A program made the position numbers and the translations under genes. From Selaginella moellendorffii (lineage: Eukaryota; Plantae; Lycopodiophyta), in the NCBI RefSeq assembly GCF_000143415.4, contig NW_003314262.1:1043960-1107959 (forward strand): a DNA stretch of 64,000 bases, written 5' to 3'. The notes below the pieces were generated by a model that searched no databases, was not told where the DNA came from, and saw only the letters and a list, made by a program, of their open reading frames with translations. Below are positions 49,801 through 63,258 of this stretch, piece by piece. Position 1 is the first letter of the stretch, and every line of letters begins with the position of its first letter.

Positions 49801-52800
49801 CATGCTTTAGCAAGTATTCTTAGGGATGAACCTACCCAATAGCCTAGGGAGTGGTTCCTCAATCCGGGTATGCTCACCTTATAATCCCACACACTGGGAT
49901 TACATTGTTGCTTATGGGCCTTTACATGCCCATCACTAGCCTTGCCAAAATTTCATTTTTGGCTTTGTCCAACTCGGGTAGACAGTCCTCTCCTGTCTCC
50001 GCAACCTTGGACATTTGGATAGCACCTTCTATCCATCATTCGCTAGGGACTTAGTCCCTTGGGCTTTATCCATTGTCCTCGCGACATCAAACACCACCTT
50101 CTGGTGTTCTAGAGTGTTCGGGTGTCCCAATGATGGCTTTCTTGACAATGAGTATTTCCTTTTATGACATTGACTTACTACATCGCAACACAAGTAACTT
50201 ATCCCCCGTAAGGGTATATCCAACTTCCCTATGCTATTAAGAAGTCTTGGGTAGTTACCTTCTACCCGTTTAACCAGTTATTTTGCACCTCTTGCTTAGT
50301 TGCCTCATAATTGTCAAGTCCTACAACTCATTGCTTGGTGCTTTCACACCTCCATCATTATCTGGGTCACCACACTCCAACTGCATGCTCTGCAGCTTAG
50401 GCTATGCTATTCCCATTTCCATTGGGATTCCTTTGGCAAGGGGTTCTCATGAACCCACCAACATAGCCTCAAAGTATCACACCTTGGCACATTTGGTGTC
50501 TCCACACCATCGGCTCCACGAGCCTACCTCTATGACATTTCCCCTTCGTGTCTAAGTCTTTGCCAAGACTAACACCGCTCTTTCTCATGCCAACCATCCG
50601 TTAGCACTGCACTATAGAGGTCACACACATAACTTTCCCATAACTTTAGCATAGCACATTTTGCCATCAATGAGATACCCTCTGTTCTCATCCTTGGATC
50701 CTATGATCCCCCCCCATCCTTTGTGGGGTACAACAAACCTCAGTCCAAATGCTTCCATCAGTCCTTTTAGGACCATCCGTTAACTCTACTTGAGTCATCC
50801 AGCAGTTTTGGACTTGGTTAATCCACAAACCCGTAAGGTCCTACTTGTGAGGCACTAGCTCACTGGAATACACTTCTTGCATTCCTGTCCTACTCAAAAG
50901 GACTATTTTGACAAGTGTTACTCCGACACTTGATTTTGTTCTCTGGGGGCAACCTTTGCCCCTTAGGACTACTTGTCCATGTGATGAGAACACCAACTCA
51001 TCCACTTAATACACCCCCAACTCCTTGGGTTGTTCCAGCATTTATTAGAGGTAGCCCCGGCTACCTTTTCAAGGACTTGAGTCCTCTTCCGTATTTGACC
51101 TCCCACGGTCATTACTTCTGGTCTCACATTCATGAGCACCAACCTCAACTATATGAGGAAAATCTTGTGACTCCTTTATTGCTTTGGAGTCTTTATCTTT
51201 CCCGTGATCCCAACTGTAGTTGTTTACCACAACTACATTAGCCCACTTGCTGAGTCAAACACTCATTTGGATCACATCCTCAACTCTTCTTGAGGAAACC
51301 CTTATACTGTTCCCAAGATCCCAAAGTCGTTCCATTATTGGCCCGTTTCTATCCACCATCTCACCTACAAGTTCACACCTGAACTGTAGTGGAGAGCCAT
51401 GTCTTCCCGACTTGCTACTCCTCAAGGATAGGCCCACTCCTAGGACCTTCCGATGCTAACCCTCGTGGTGATATACTTGAGCACCAATAAAAGTCGGACT
51501 AAGGAACAGCTCCGATACCAAGTGGTAAGCGACTAATTTTTCCATTCTACTTTAGTCACTTAACCACACCTCCGACCACTTGGAGGAGTCTCATTCACAA
51601 CCTCCATAAGCCCAACTCAGGACTTGGGGCTTGCTAGCCCCGAGAATGGCATCCATGCCACTCAACCTTAGCACTTGGTCCAAGTGCTCCACGTGTCCGA
51701 TCCCATGATCGACACCTCAAGGTACCACCGACATATCGGCCCGTTATGCTAAGGCCATGCCCATTTACCTCGGTCACACTAGTGGTCCAACACCACCTAC
51801 ATTCCAATCCCGTCTCTCAAAGACTGGGTCATCCATCCATGAGTGATCATCCCAGATCCACTCTTTAACATCCTTAGGATGCCTACAGACATGGGGAATA
51901 GCCTTCCCCAATATCTCTGTTCCGGTCCCCACCAAGTCCCTTTCTGTCCTTGGCTGTGTTCGCCAACACTGCCACTGGATCGAGACCCACAGGCCCGACC
52001 ACTAAGTCCCACAGTCCTCTGGGACTTCCTCACCACACAACTGTGTCCTTGGTCACTACCCCAGAGGACTGCTCCTCTTCCTTTCCACAGTCTGGGCCTT
52101 TGGGACAACATTTCGGAACACCGTGGCCTTACGCGAGCCACCTGGGTACTCTCCTCGCCTTCTGCCCTTGGGTGCTCTAGCCATGGGCTTAGAGCGGGTT
52201 CCGTTGAGCCACACCAGGTATCCAAGTAGGTAGTGCCACCCACACTTGGACTGGGAGCATCGGCCAGTCGATCTCCCGGGGGAACTAGAGCCGGCTCTTG
52301 AACACTTCACCAAGCTACCCCACTTGTCGGTCCGTGTTCACTCTAGTCTTGGACTTCCCAATGGGCAGCTCATCACCCAACACTGGGTCCGGCCTTCCTG
52401 GGCCAAACTGGCCTTTCCTGGCCAAACTGGCTCCACTGCAGTCCTCCCCCTACTATACTTTTGGAGCTCACCAAACCCCCCAGGGTCTGGGAGACGAACG
52501 CTTTGGGCTTTCACCCTCTTAGACTCGAACTCGGACTCGGACTCAGACTCGGACTCGGACTCGGACTCGGGCTCGGGCTCGGTCTCGGCCTCGGCCTCGG
52601 TCTCATTCTCGGTCCCATTCTCGGTCCCGATCTCGGTCCCGATCTCGGTCTCGGTCTCGGTCTCGGTCGTGGTCTCGGTCTCGACTTCGGACTCCATCTC
52701 GGACTCCATCTCGGACTCCATCTCGGACTCTATCTCGGGTCCATCTCGGACTCCATCTCGGGTCCATCTCGGACTCCATTTCGGGTCCATCTCGGACTCC

Positions 52801-53134
52801 ATCTCGGACTCCATTTCGGGTCCATCTCGGACTCCACTTTGGACTCCAACTCGAGTCCATCTCGGACTCCACTTCGGACTCCAACTCGAGTCCATCTCGG
52901 ACACTTCCACGTGTCATGTGTTGGTCCTTTTGGGTCCCTTTTTGGAGCCTCGCTTTTTGCTCGCTTCGTGCTCGTTCCTCGAGCACTTCTTTGGGAGTTC
53001 CACTCCCGCTCTTGACTTTTCAAGTCGGAGCTTTTGGTCCAAACGTGTTACGCTCGTTTGGCTCTTGCTTCAGCCACTACCACATGGCACCCTTTCCGGC
53101 TCCACTTTGGGGCCTAGGGATTTTGTGTCTCACA
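46853..53134 (-). mobile_element. Non-autonomous family 2 LTR element (LARD-like): 5' LTR about 51524-53134, PBS 51509-51520, non-coding interior, PPT 47382-47398, partial 3' LTR to 47381
   Basis: PBS TGGTATCGGAGC and PPT TCTATGGGTGGTGGAGT are identical to family A. No RT or integrase ORF is visible in the interior, which contains an assembly gap. Confidence 0.75.
48409..48508. other. Assembly gap (100 N)
   Basis: Run of N. Confidence 1.
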
Positions 53135-53551
53135 ACGAGCCCCATGGGTACTCTCCCCACCTTCCGCCTTTAGGTGCTCTAGCCATAGGCTTAGAGCGAG
53201 GGTCCGTTGAGCCATGCTAGGTATCGAAGTAGGTAGTGCCACCCATACTTGGACTGGGAGCATTAGCCATTCGATCTCCCGGTGGAACTAGAGCCAGCTT
53301 TTGAACACTTCACCAAGCTACCCCACTTGTCAGTCTATATTCACTCTAGCCTTGGGCCTCCCAGTTGTTATCCTGTCACCCAACACCTGGGTACAGCCTT
53401 TTTGGGCCAAACTGGCCTTTCTTGGCCAAATTGGCTCCACTAGAGTCCTCCCCCTACTATACTTTTGGAGCTCATCAAACCCCCTAGGGTTTGGGAAACA
53501 AACGCTTTGGGCTTTCACCCTCTCAGACTCGAACTCGGACTTAGACTTAGA

Positions 53552-56500
53552 TGTAAGTGACAAATTTTTCCTTTCTAATTTGCCAGCTTACCTCATCTAT
53601 CCGACCAACACTACCTTGGCTTTTGCTAAGTTCCCTCGCCAAGGTTCTTGCCTATTGTACCAGCTCCTACTTGGTCCTACTTGGTTTCAGCTACTCACTG
53701 CACGAGCAACGGAGTGTTAGCCATCCATCCACGGATTCCCAAATCTCTCCCAATCCCCCTTCTTAGGTTAGACTGGACTTAAGGTTAGGCTACATTCCCT
53801 ACAAGCACAAGCAGCTAAGCACACCAAGCCTCCAGGTTCCTAACACCCCTTGGTACAACAAGACTTGATCATGGGACCCTCTAAATCCCAAGCCTTGGGT
53901 GCAACACTTGCTTTGGGATGCCGAGGCAAAGCATCGTGGCCTAACAGCCCAGTATGAGTACCCCACTTCTATCCCGAAGGGGAGGCCCAAGCCCCTAGAA
54001 AGGGTGAGGGCCAATGAGCCACAAGGTACTCAAGTGGGGCACCACTCCACATGAGCTGGGAGCACCGCAATCCATTTCCCTTTCGGGAGTGGGAGCTGCT
54101 CTTGAGCACTTCCTTGGGTGGCCCCTCCAGCACCACCCGAGTCCATGCTCACTCCCACCCAAAGCCCCTCGGCCCCAGTCTCAACCTCAAGTCAGTTTGG
54201 AAGCACCACTGAAAAGTTCCTTCAAGACTGATTCTTGGACCTCACTATCCTTACTATACTTTTGGAACCCCTTGCAGCCCCTCCCCCCCTGGGAGACGCA
54301 TGATTTGGGCTTTCACCCCTTGACCTGTATTAGTACTCGGATTCGGTCTCGGACTCGATCTCGGACCTGACTTCGTACTCGGTCTCAGACTCAATCTCCG
54401 ACTCAATCTCGAACCTGATCTCGGACTCGACTTCAGACTCAACCTTGGACTTAGTCTCAGACCCAATTTGGATCTTGGACTCTATCTCGAACTCGGTCTT
54501 CGATTTGGCCTCGGACTCAATTCTGGACTCTATCTCAAACTCAGTCTCAAAGTCGGTCTTGGACTCAATCTTCGACTCAGTCCCATCCGATGAACTCTTT
54601 GTTATTTCGGTCATGCTTTCGGTGATCCTTTAGCCTACGACACTTTGGGGAGTTGGTTCCTTACAACTCCACCACCCATAGAAGAAGTTCGATGCCCACA
54701 TCAAACGTCTCTTTTTTATCCTACAACTTGTTGACCATGTCTCCAGGGCCATCCCCCCACTTAGCCACTTAGCGGTGTGCCTAAGTTAGCCTCCCTAGCA
54801 AGAGCCCATGACAACGGAATATAGGTGTTCGTATACCCCTCACCCCACCACGCCCTAATATGGGGTTGGGACTTGAACCCAGCCTTGCTTTACTAAGGGG
54901 TTCGGTCTTGAACCAAACCTCCGTAGAATATATATACGGATTCGACATCCCTGCTGGGAGTCAGGCGTAGTTCTCTACGCCTGGTTGACTTAGCTAACCC
55001 AAGCTAATTAGCTTACCTTCGGCGCTTCTTCAGGTCCCAACATATGCCATTGCTCAACTTCAAAAATTGATACTTTAATTGAACTTTGCATAAGTACATA
55101 GAGTTCTGCCTTGCAAAAATTCCTCCACTAAATCTCGCGCGTTCTCTAGGTTCTCCTCCGGTTCCCATGTTGCTTTGTAGTGTGGAAATCCTTTTCACTT
55201 CACATGGAACTCTCTCACCTCGCATCCTTGTTTCTTGCTCTTGCACGCATTGAGGATTGCTTCAACTTCGTATTCCTCTTCCCCTTGGATAACCTCAAGT
55301 AAAAGTCTTACTTGGTCCTTGTGAAGTGGATCGTCAAAGTACAACTTGAGTAAGTTCACGTGGAACACTAGATGCATCTTCCCCATCTCTCGAGAAGTTG
55401 GATACAGTAAGCCACTTTAGCAATTCGTGCCTCAATCTCATAAGGCCTCGTGAACCTGCTTATGGAACTCAAGATCAATTCATTTATAGGAATACATGCA
55501 TTTTTACCTTTGGGTCAACTTCCGGCTGATCCCACTTGGTAGCCTGAGGTTCTTGGTGTTCAGCCACACCTTCTCCCCAGCTTGGAACTCTACATCCCGG
55601 CGCTTCTGGTTTGGGTACTTGGTTTGCATTTGTTGAGCCCGTTCCAAGGAATCCCTTAATAGATTCGAAATGTTGAGTCCTTCCGCCGTGAATGCCTCCA
55701 CTGTGGGTAACTCTCTATGATACTTGGCCCCGCTGAGTCCCACAGGACCTTCAATAGCTCGCCCATTGATGACTTCCCATGGACTCACCCCAATACTTGA
55801 ATGTGGTGAGTTGTTATAACACATTTCCGCAAATCCCAAATGACTTACCCAATTGGTCTGGTCTCCCGAGACATAGCATCGCAAATAATCCTCTAGTTGC
55901 CTATTCACCCTTTCCGTTTGTCCGTTTGTCAAGAAGTGTTAGTACCATCGAACTTGACTTAATACCCAATACCTGTCTGTGGGTGATAGGCTGTGCTGAA
56001 TTTCAACTTGGTGCAATACTGTTCCAGGAGAGTTCTCCAGAACCTACTGGTGAAGATCTTATCCCGATCTGAGATAATCTCTTTTGGCCTTCCCCACACT
56101 CAAACTACTTGTTCAAAGAATAGCTTCGCCACACCTTCTGCATCCACTTCTATTGTGGTGTGTATGAAGTGTGCCATCTTTGAATATCGGTCCACCACCA
56201 CAAATATCACATCGAACCCCTCGCTTGGGGGGAGTCCCGTGATGAAGTCCATCATAAGACATTTCCACGGACGATCTAGAATTGGGATGCTTTGTAACAA
56301 GCCCCCACTAGCCTTAGTCACGGCCTTGACCTACTGACATGTTGAACATGTCTTTACATAGTGTTGGACGTCTTTAGCCATATTTGGCCAGTGATACTTG
56401 CTCTTGAGTAAATCCATCATTTTGGGCACTCTGCCGTGTCCCACAAGAGGTCCGTCATGATACTCTTCTAAGGCTACCTTCCTTAGTTCCCTTTTTGGAA

Positions 56501-59500
56501 CATACACCCTCGTTTGCTTGTAATAGATGAGTCTGTTGCAGTCCACATAGCCCGTTTTCTCTTCCATTAGCAGCTCACCTCTCTAGTGAGCTTCCCATGC
56601 CTTTAGATTCCTCAGCAACACTTCTTGTGCTAGACCATCGTTCTCATATGCTATCCGCACACCATCCCAAAAGGTTGTTGTCGCATTGGATATCGCTAAC
56701 TTCAAGCTCACTTTTCAACTTAGTGCATCTGCCACGATGTTGCTCTTCCCAGGTTTATATAGAATCTCGCAATCAAACTCGGCCAAAGCATTGGCCACCG
56801 ACCCTGTTTCCCTCTTAGGTCGGGCTGTGACAAGAAGTGTTTCATTGCCACATTGTCCGTGTAAACTTTGAAGTGTCTCCCAAGGTAGTGTCGCCAATCC
56901 TTGAGCCCTTTGACCACTGCAAACAATTCCTTCTCATGGGCAAGCCACTTCTGTTGAGCCTTGTCCAACTTCTTCGAGAAGAACACTACTGGATGGTTGT
57001 TTTGTTTCAAAACTACGCCCAACGCAAAGTCCAAAGCATCCATTTCCACCTCAAAGTCCTTACTAAAGTTTGGTAATGCCAACACGGGAGCCTTCCTCAA
57101 CTTCCTTTTGAGGTGGACAAATGCTGCCTCGTATTCTGCTGTCTATACCATCTTCCCTTTTCCGATTTGGTCTGTTAAGGGCAAAGCTACTCTCGAATAG
57201 TGTTTAATAAACTTTTGATAGTAGTTGCATAGCCCCAAGAATGCCCTTAACTCATGTACATTTGATGGTCGCTCCCAATCCTAGATCGCTTGGACCTTCT
57301 CAGGGTCCACCTTGAGCCTGTCCTTGCCCACCACATGCCTGAGAAACTTTACCTCTTGTTGAGCAAAGTCACATTTGCTCTCTTTAGTATACAGCTGGTG
57401 TTCCTTTAGTTTCTCAAACACTTATGTCAAGTGTTTGGCATATTCCTCTAGCGTCTTGCTATAGATCAGGATGTCGTCAATATAGATGACCATGAAGTGA
57501 TTCAGATAGGGTACAAAGATGTGATTCATCAGTGCCAAAAACATTGCCGGTGCATTGCATAGCCCAAAGGGCATCACTAGAAACTCAAAGCTCCCATACC
57601 TCGTTCAATAGGTTGTTTTCTCGACATCTTCCTCTGCTACCCTGATCTAGTAGTATCCTGACCTTAGGTCAATCCTTGAGAAGTATTTTGCTTTTCCCAA
57701 CCTATCGAACAAGTCCGCAATCCTTGGCAAAGGGTACTTGTTCTTCTTTGTATACTTGTTGAGCAACCGGTAGTCTATGCACATGTGTATAGATCCATCT
57801 TTCTTTTTCACAAATAACACCGGCACCCTATACGGCAACTTGCTCAACCTAACATACCCTTTGTCCACCAACTCTTATAGTTGGTGCTTGAGCTCCTCGA
57901 GTTCCTTTTCGTTCAAACGATAGGGTGGACGAACCACAGTCTCAGCACCCTTGACCAGCTCAATCTTATGTTCTATCGGTCGTACGGGTGGCAACCCCGC
58001 TTGTAACTCCTCTGGCATGGTATCTTCGAATTGGTCCAACACCCACTGGATCACTAAAGGTACTTCTTCCATTCCCATCTTTTTGTCACTCTTCACCGAG
58101 AGTAAGCACAAAAATGCTGCCTTGGTTCCTTTAATGAGTTGTCCTCTTATGGACACCAGGTTTAAGTAGGAATCTTTTGCCTTGCATTGCCCTACCTTTA
58201 GATCCAGGGCCTCCACCTTGGATCTCCTTCCTTGGGCATTCGCTAGTACCACAAGGTTCCTACCTTGTCCATGCAGAGCTATTACGAATTGATTGAACCA
58301 ATCCATCCCGAAGATTACATCAAATCCCGCCATGTCCAACACGGTGAAATCCATGTCTACTTTCCATGTCCCTACTTCGACTCTCACTTATCGAAGTACC
58401 TCATCGGTGTTTTGGCTACCTTGAACAAACTCTATAGTCCTTAGTTCGCGCAGCCACTACACCATTGGTCTAGCTTGCTGAACTATGTCTGCAGCCACAA
58501 AATTATCCAAAGCACCTATGTCAATAAGGATCTTAACAAAGTTACTTCCGAGCTTCCCTTGAAGGGCTAATAGATGTCGCGAACGACTCTCCACCAAAAT
58601 TGCTCGTGTAATGAGTAACTTTGAGCTAGGGATTAGATCACATACCTTAGTTTGGATTTCACCTGACTTAATGGCCATATTGGCTCTGGCCTTCTTCGGG
58701 TAGGGACATTCCCTCAAAAAGTGTCCCGTTTCACCGCAGTTGTAGCATACGTTGTTTCCCACATTGCTAAACGATTTGACCTTCTTATCCCAGGGTTTGT
58801 CTCTTTTTGCTTGACTCCCCCACGTACTCGCTCGCTGGCCATCGGATCTGCCTTTCCGAAACCCCAAGGACTCATTCTTAGAGAAACTCTTCTTGAATTT
58901 CCCTTTGCTATATGTTCCCCTTGGTTTGGCCCCTTTGCTAAACTTGAACCCCGACCTCGTCGTGTTCCCCTTTCGCAGGTTATCATTGAAATACACCTTG
59001 ATAGCCGCATCCAACGCTTCTTTGTAATTGGTTGGGTTCCAATGCATCACCTTGCTACGAGCCTAAGTTTGCAAGCCTGATATGAAGGTATGGAACGCAT
59101 CCATATCACCCATATCTGTGACCAGTATCCTCTTTTCCATAAATCCATTCACATACTCCTGAATGGTTCCAGTCTGCTTCAGCCTACTCAACTCATCTCT
59201 TAGGTGCAGAGTAGCATTCAGAGGAACGTATGTTGCACAGATCCTCGCCTTCATCATTTCCCAAGTGGCCACCTGTCTTTCGTATGCCTCCGTCGTTCTC
59301 CACCAAGACTTGGAATTATCTGCCAAGTATGGTTTTGCACATGGGACCTTCTCCGAGCTCGGTAACCACAACACTCAGAAGTAGTCTTCCATATCATAAA
59401 ACCAATCCTCCACCACCTTATAGTCGTTCACTCCTTTGAAGACCGGTGGGGGCTTTGGTTTGTACTTAGGAACTGCCTAAGGGACTGATTCCACTTCAGT

Positions 59501-61035
59501 CTATTCAACCTTTTTTAGTTCTGCCTCAATCCCCACTAAAGGGTCCGCACCTTCTGCGCTACCAGCATCCACAGTCTTGCGCTTTTTCTTCCACTTCTCG
59601 TCACGCTTTAGCTTGCATACGAGAGTCTCCAGCAAGGCATTGGTCTATGCCAATTGTCCTTCTAGAACGTTCAATCGAGCCTTGGATGACCGAACCTCAC
59701 CACTGGACTCCTCTTTGAAAGTTTCCTCACTGGAGTCCTCCTCATGCAAAGATTCCTCATCCATAGCCTCTTGTTTGACCAGAGGCTCTAGCTTCGGTAG
59801 CGGTTCGGTCTCCGCCTGGGTTCGTTTACGCCCTGCCTTTGCCATCTCCCAGCAATCTGCCTCTATCCTTCGCTAGAACTGAGGAAAAGGCTCCGATCCC
59901 ACATTGTAAGCCACAAATTTTTCCTTTCCAATTTGCCAGCTTACCTTGTCTATCCAACCAACACTGCCTTGGCTTTTGCTAAGTTCTCTCGCCAAGGTTC
60001 CCGCCTATTTTACCAGCTCCTACTTGGTCTTACTTGGTTTCAGCTACTCACTGCACGAGTAAACAAGTGTTAACCATCCATCCACGGATTCCAAAATCTC
60101 TCCTAATCCCCCTCCCCGGGTTAGATTGGGCTTAAGGTTCGGCTACACTGCCTGTAGGCACAAGTAGCTAAGCACACCAAGCCTCCAGGTTCCTAAAACC
60201 CCTTGGTACAACAAGACTTGATCATAGGACCCTCTAAATCCCAAGCCTTTGGTGCAACACTTGCTTTGGGAAGAAGCGGCGAAACACCGTGGCCTAACAG
60301 CCTAGTATGAGTACCCCACTTCTATCCCGAAGGGAAGGCCCAAGCCCCTAGGAAGGGTGAGGGCCAATGAGCCACAAAGTACTGAAGTGGGGCACCACTC
60401 CACATGAGCCGGGAGCACTGCAGTCTGTTTCCCTTTCGGGAGTGGGAGCTGATCTTGAGCACTTCCTTGGGTGGCTCCTCTAGCACCACCCGAGTCCATG
60501 TTCACTCCCACTCAAGGCCTCTCGGCCCCAGTCTCAACCTCAAGTTAGTTTGGAAGCACCACTGGAGAGTTCTTTCAAGACTAGACCTCACTATCCCTAC
60601 TATACTTTTGGAACCCCCTGCATCCCCCCCCCCCCCTGGGAGCCCCCTGGGAGACGCACGCTTTGGGCTTTCACCCCTTGACCCGTATTAGTACTCGGAC
60701 TCGGTCTCAGACTCAATCTCGGACTCGATCTCAGACCCGACTTCAGACTCGGTCTCGGACTCAATCTCGAACTTGATCTCGGACTCAACTTTGGACTCGA
60801 CCTCGGACTCGGTCTCAGACCCAATTCGGATCTCGGACTCTGTCTCGAACTCGGTGTCGAACTCGGTCTCCGATTCGGCCTCGGACTTGATCCTGGACTC
60901 TATCTCAAACTCAGTCTCAAAGTCGGTCTTGGACTCGATCTTCGACTCGGTCCCATCTGATGAACTCTTTGTCATTTCGGTCATGCTTTCGGGGATCCTT
61001 TAGCTTACGACACTTCGGGGAGTTGGTTCCTTACA
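53552..61035 (-). mobile_element. Full-length but decayed family A chromovirus
   Basis: LTRs at 53552-54665 and 59905-61035, TSD TTAGA/TTGGA (1 mismatch), PBS at about 59890-59901, PPT from 54666. gag-pol is collinear with 27645-32416, has many stops, and retains both integrase introns. Confidence 0.93.
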
Positions 61036-62149
61036 TTGGACTCGGATTCAGACTCAGACTCGGACTGAGACTTGGACTCGAGCTTTGGGCTTGGTCTTGG
61101 CCCCGGCCTCAGTCTCGGTCGCGGCCTCGGTCTCAGTCTTGGTCCCGGTCTCGGTCCCAGTCTCAGTCTCAGTCTTGGTCCCGGTCTCAGTCTTGGTCTC
61201 GGTCTCAACTTCGGACTCCATTTTGGGTCCTTCTCGGACTCCATCTCGGGTCCATCTCAGACTCCATCTCAAACTTCATCTCAGACTCCATATCAGACTC
61301 CATCTCGGGTCCATCTCGGACTCCATCTCAGACTCCATCTCGGGTCCATCTCGGGTCCATCTCAGATCCATCTCAGACTCCATCTCGGGTCCATCTCAGG
61401 TCCTCTTATATCCCTTTTCTAGAGACTCTTTTATTGCTCACTTCATGGTCGTTCCTTGAGCACTCCATTAGGAGTTCCACTCCCGCTCTCGACTTTTCCA
61501 GTCAGAGCCTTTTAGTCCAAATGTGCTACGCTTGTGTTTGGCTTTTGCTTTGGCCACTACCACATGACACCCTTTTGGCTTCACTTTGGGGCTTAGGGAT
61601 TTGTGTCTCATATTTCTTTAATACCAAATGTAGCACACTTGAATTTAGAGCTAAACTCCAAGCCTGTTGTATTATGAAACGAGGGTCAATCTCTACATTC
61701 CGTAGATATGTCAAATGAGTGAATCGAGACACTTTCCATAAATAGCATTTGGGACCGAAATGAGACTAACACAAAAGGTATGATAGCGAGGGTTTTTGGC
61801 AGACACGGTAAGCTATCATATAGAAATATTGAGGGACTAGACTCAATATCAAGGGGGTTAGCAAATGCAAGTTAACAAATGAGTTTCTCTAACTAGGTTA
61901 AGTATGCTTGACAAATAGCATGTAGGAATTCCGTCCTTATGCTCATCTAGTCAAGTGCACATGCAATGACTAATTTCTCAATTAATTTGGGTGGATACTA
62001 TAAAAAAGGACCAATAGTACCAACTTCCTGCCGTTGTGGCAATAAGGAAAGAATGTCTGTAAGGATTGGCTGGCAAATATCTTTTGATACCTAAAGTCAT
62101 ATTTGCGACATGAACTAACCAACTTAACCTCAAGACATCACACTTTGGA

Positions 62150-63258
62150 ACTTTTAGTTTCTCCACACCATTAACTCTATGACCCTACCCTAACAACACT
62201 TCCCACTTGTATCGAAGTTTTTGCCAAAACAATTGTAGTCATTTGTTATACTAACTATCGGTTAGCATTACAATTTAGTATTCACACACAATTCCTCGTC
62301 AAAGTTACTTTCTTCTGTGAACACCTTTCCACGACTTTAGTATAGCATATTTTGCCATCAATGAGATACCCACTGTTCTCATTTTTGAATCTCATGATCC
62401 TCCTCATCTTTCGTAGGATATAATACATCTTAGTCCATGTGTTTCCACTAATCCTTTAGGACCATCCTTTGACTCCACTGAGTCATCTAGCTTTCTAGAC
62501 ATGCTAATTTGATGATCTCTAAGATTTTAGCTTCATAGCTTCTTTTGGGGTTCCATCTCATTAGAATACAACTTCATGTATTTATGTCTTATTCATAAGG
62601 ACTATCTTTGCAAGTGTTACTCTGACACTTGATTATTCTTTGTTTTATGTGAGGTACCTTTGCCTTTTAGGATTATCTATCCATATGATGAAAATACTAA
62701 TTCATCCTTTAAGTGCACCCCAAATTCCTTAGGTTGTTCTAGCATTTATTTAAGGTAGCCCTGACTACCATTTCAAGGACTAATATCTTCATTTATATTT
62801 GACCTCCTATAGTCACCCACTCTAGTCTCAATTTCTTGAGCATCATCCTCAACTATATAAGGATAATTTTATAACTCTTTTATCATCTAGCAGTTTCCAT
62901 TATTCCCGTAATCTGAATTGTAGTTTTTTACCACAATCATATTAGCTAGTTTGCTAAGTCAAACACTTATATGAATTACATTCTCAACTCTCTGAAGAAA
63001 ACCTTTTACTGTTCCTAAAATCTCAAAGTCATTTTCTTATTGGCCCCTTTCTATTCACTATATTGCACACCAATTCACATATGAATTATAGTGGAGAGCC
63101 ATGTCCTCCCAACTTGCTACTCCTCAAATATAGCCCCACTCCTAGGACCTTCCAATATCACTATCAAATGGTAATATTTTTAATTGCCAATAAGAGTCAG
63201 ACTAAGAAACAGTTCTAATACCAAATAATAAGCGACCAAATTTTTCATTCTACTTTAA
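62150..63258 (-). mobile_element. Decayed family 2 interior with PBS and LTR edge
   Basis: Collinear with about 50500-51555 (for example ATTTTGCCATCAATGAGATACCC.CTGTTCTCA and GTGGAGAGCCATGTC). Confidence 0.8.

Larger units (their letters stand above)
46473..61612 (-). mobile_element. Old family 2 solo LTR (pieces at 46473-46852, 53135-53551, 61036-61612) split by two nested elements
   Basis: TSD TTTCT at 46468-46472 and 61613-61617. The pieces are collinear with the family 2 LTR. Confidence 0.75.
37155..62110 (-). mobile_element. Old family 3 Gypsy element that hosts the nested stack: 5' LTR 61629-62110, PBS about 61615-61626, gag about 44229-45000 + 38154-38496, protease about 37754-38107, RT start about 37155-37700
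   Basis: CFHCGESRHRSSEC knuckle, PPSREVDHRIE..APY..ELKKQL and KIAFKTQYGSYE. The pieces join once the TSD-bounded inserts (38497-44220, 45308-46450, 46473-61612) are removed. Confidence 0.75.
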
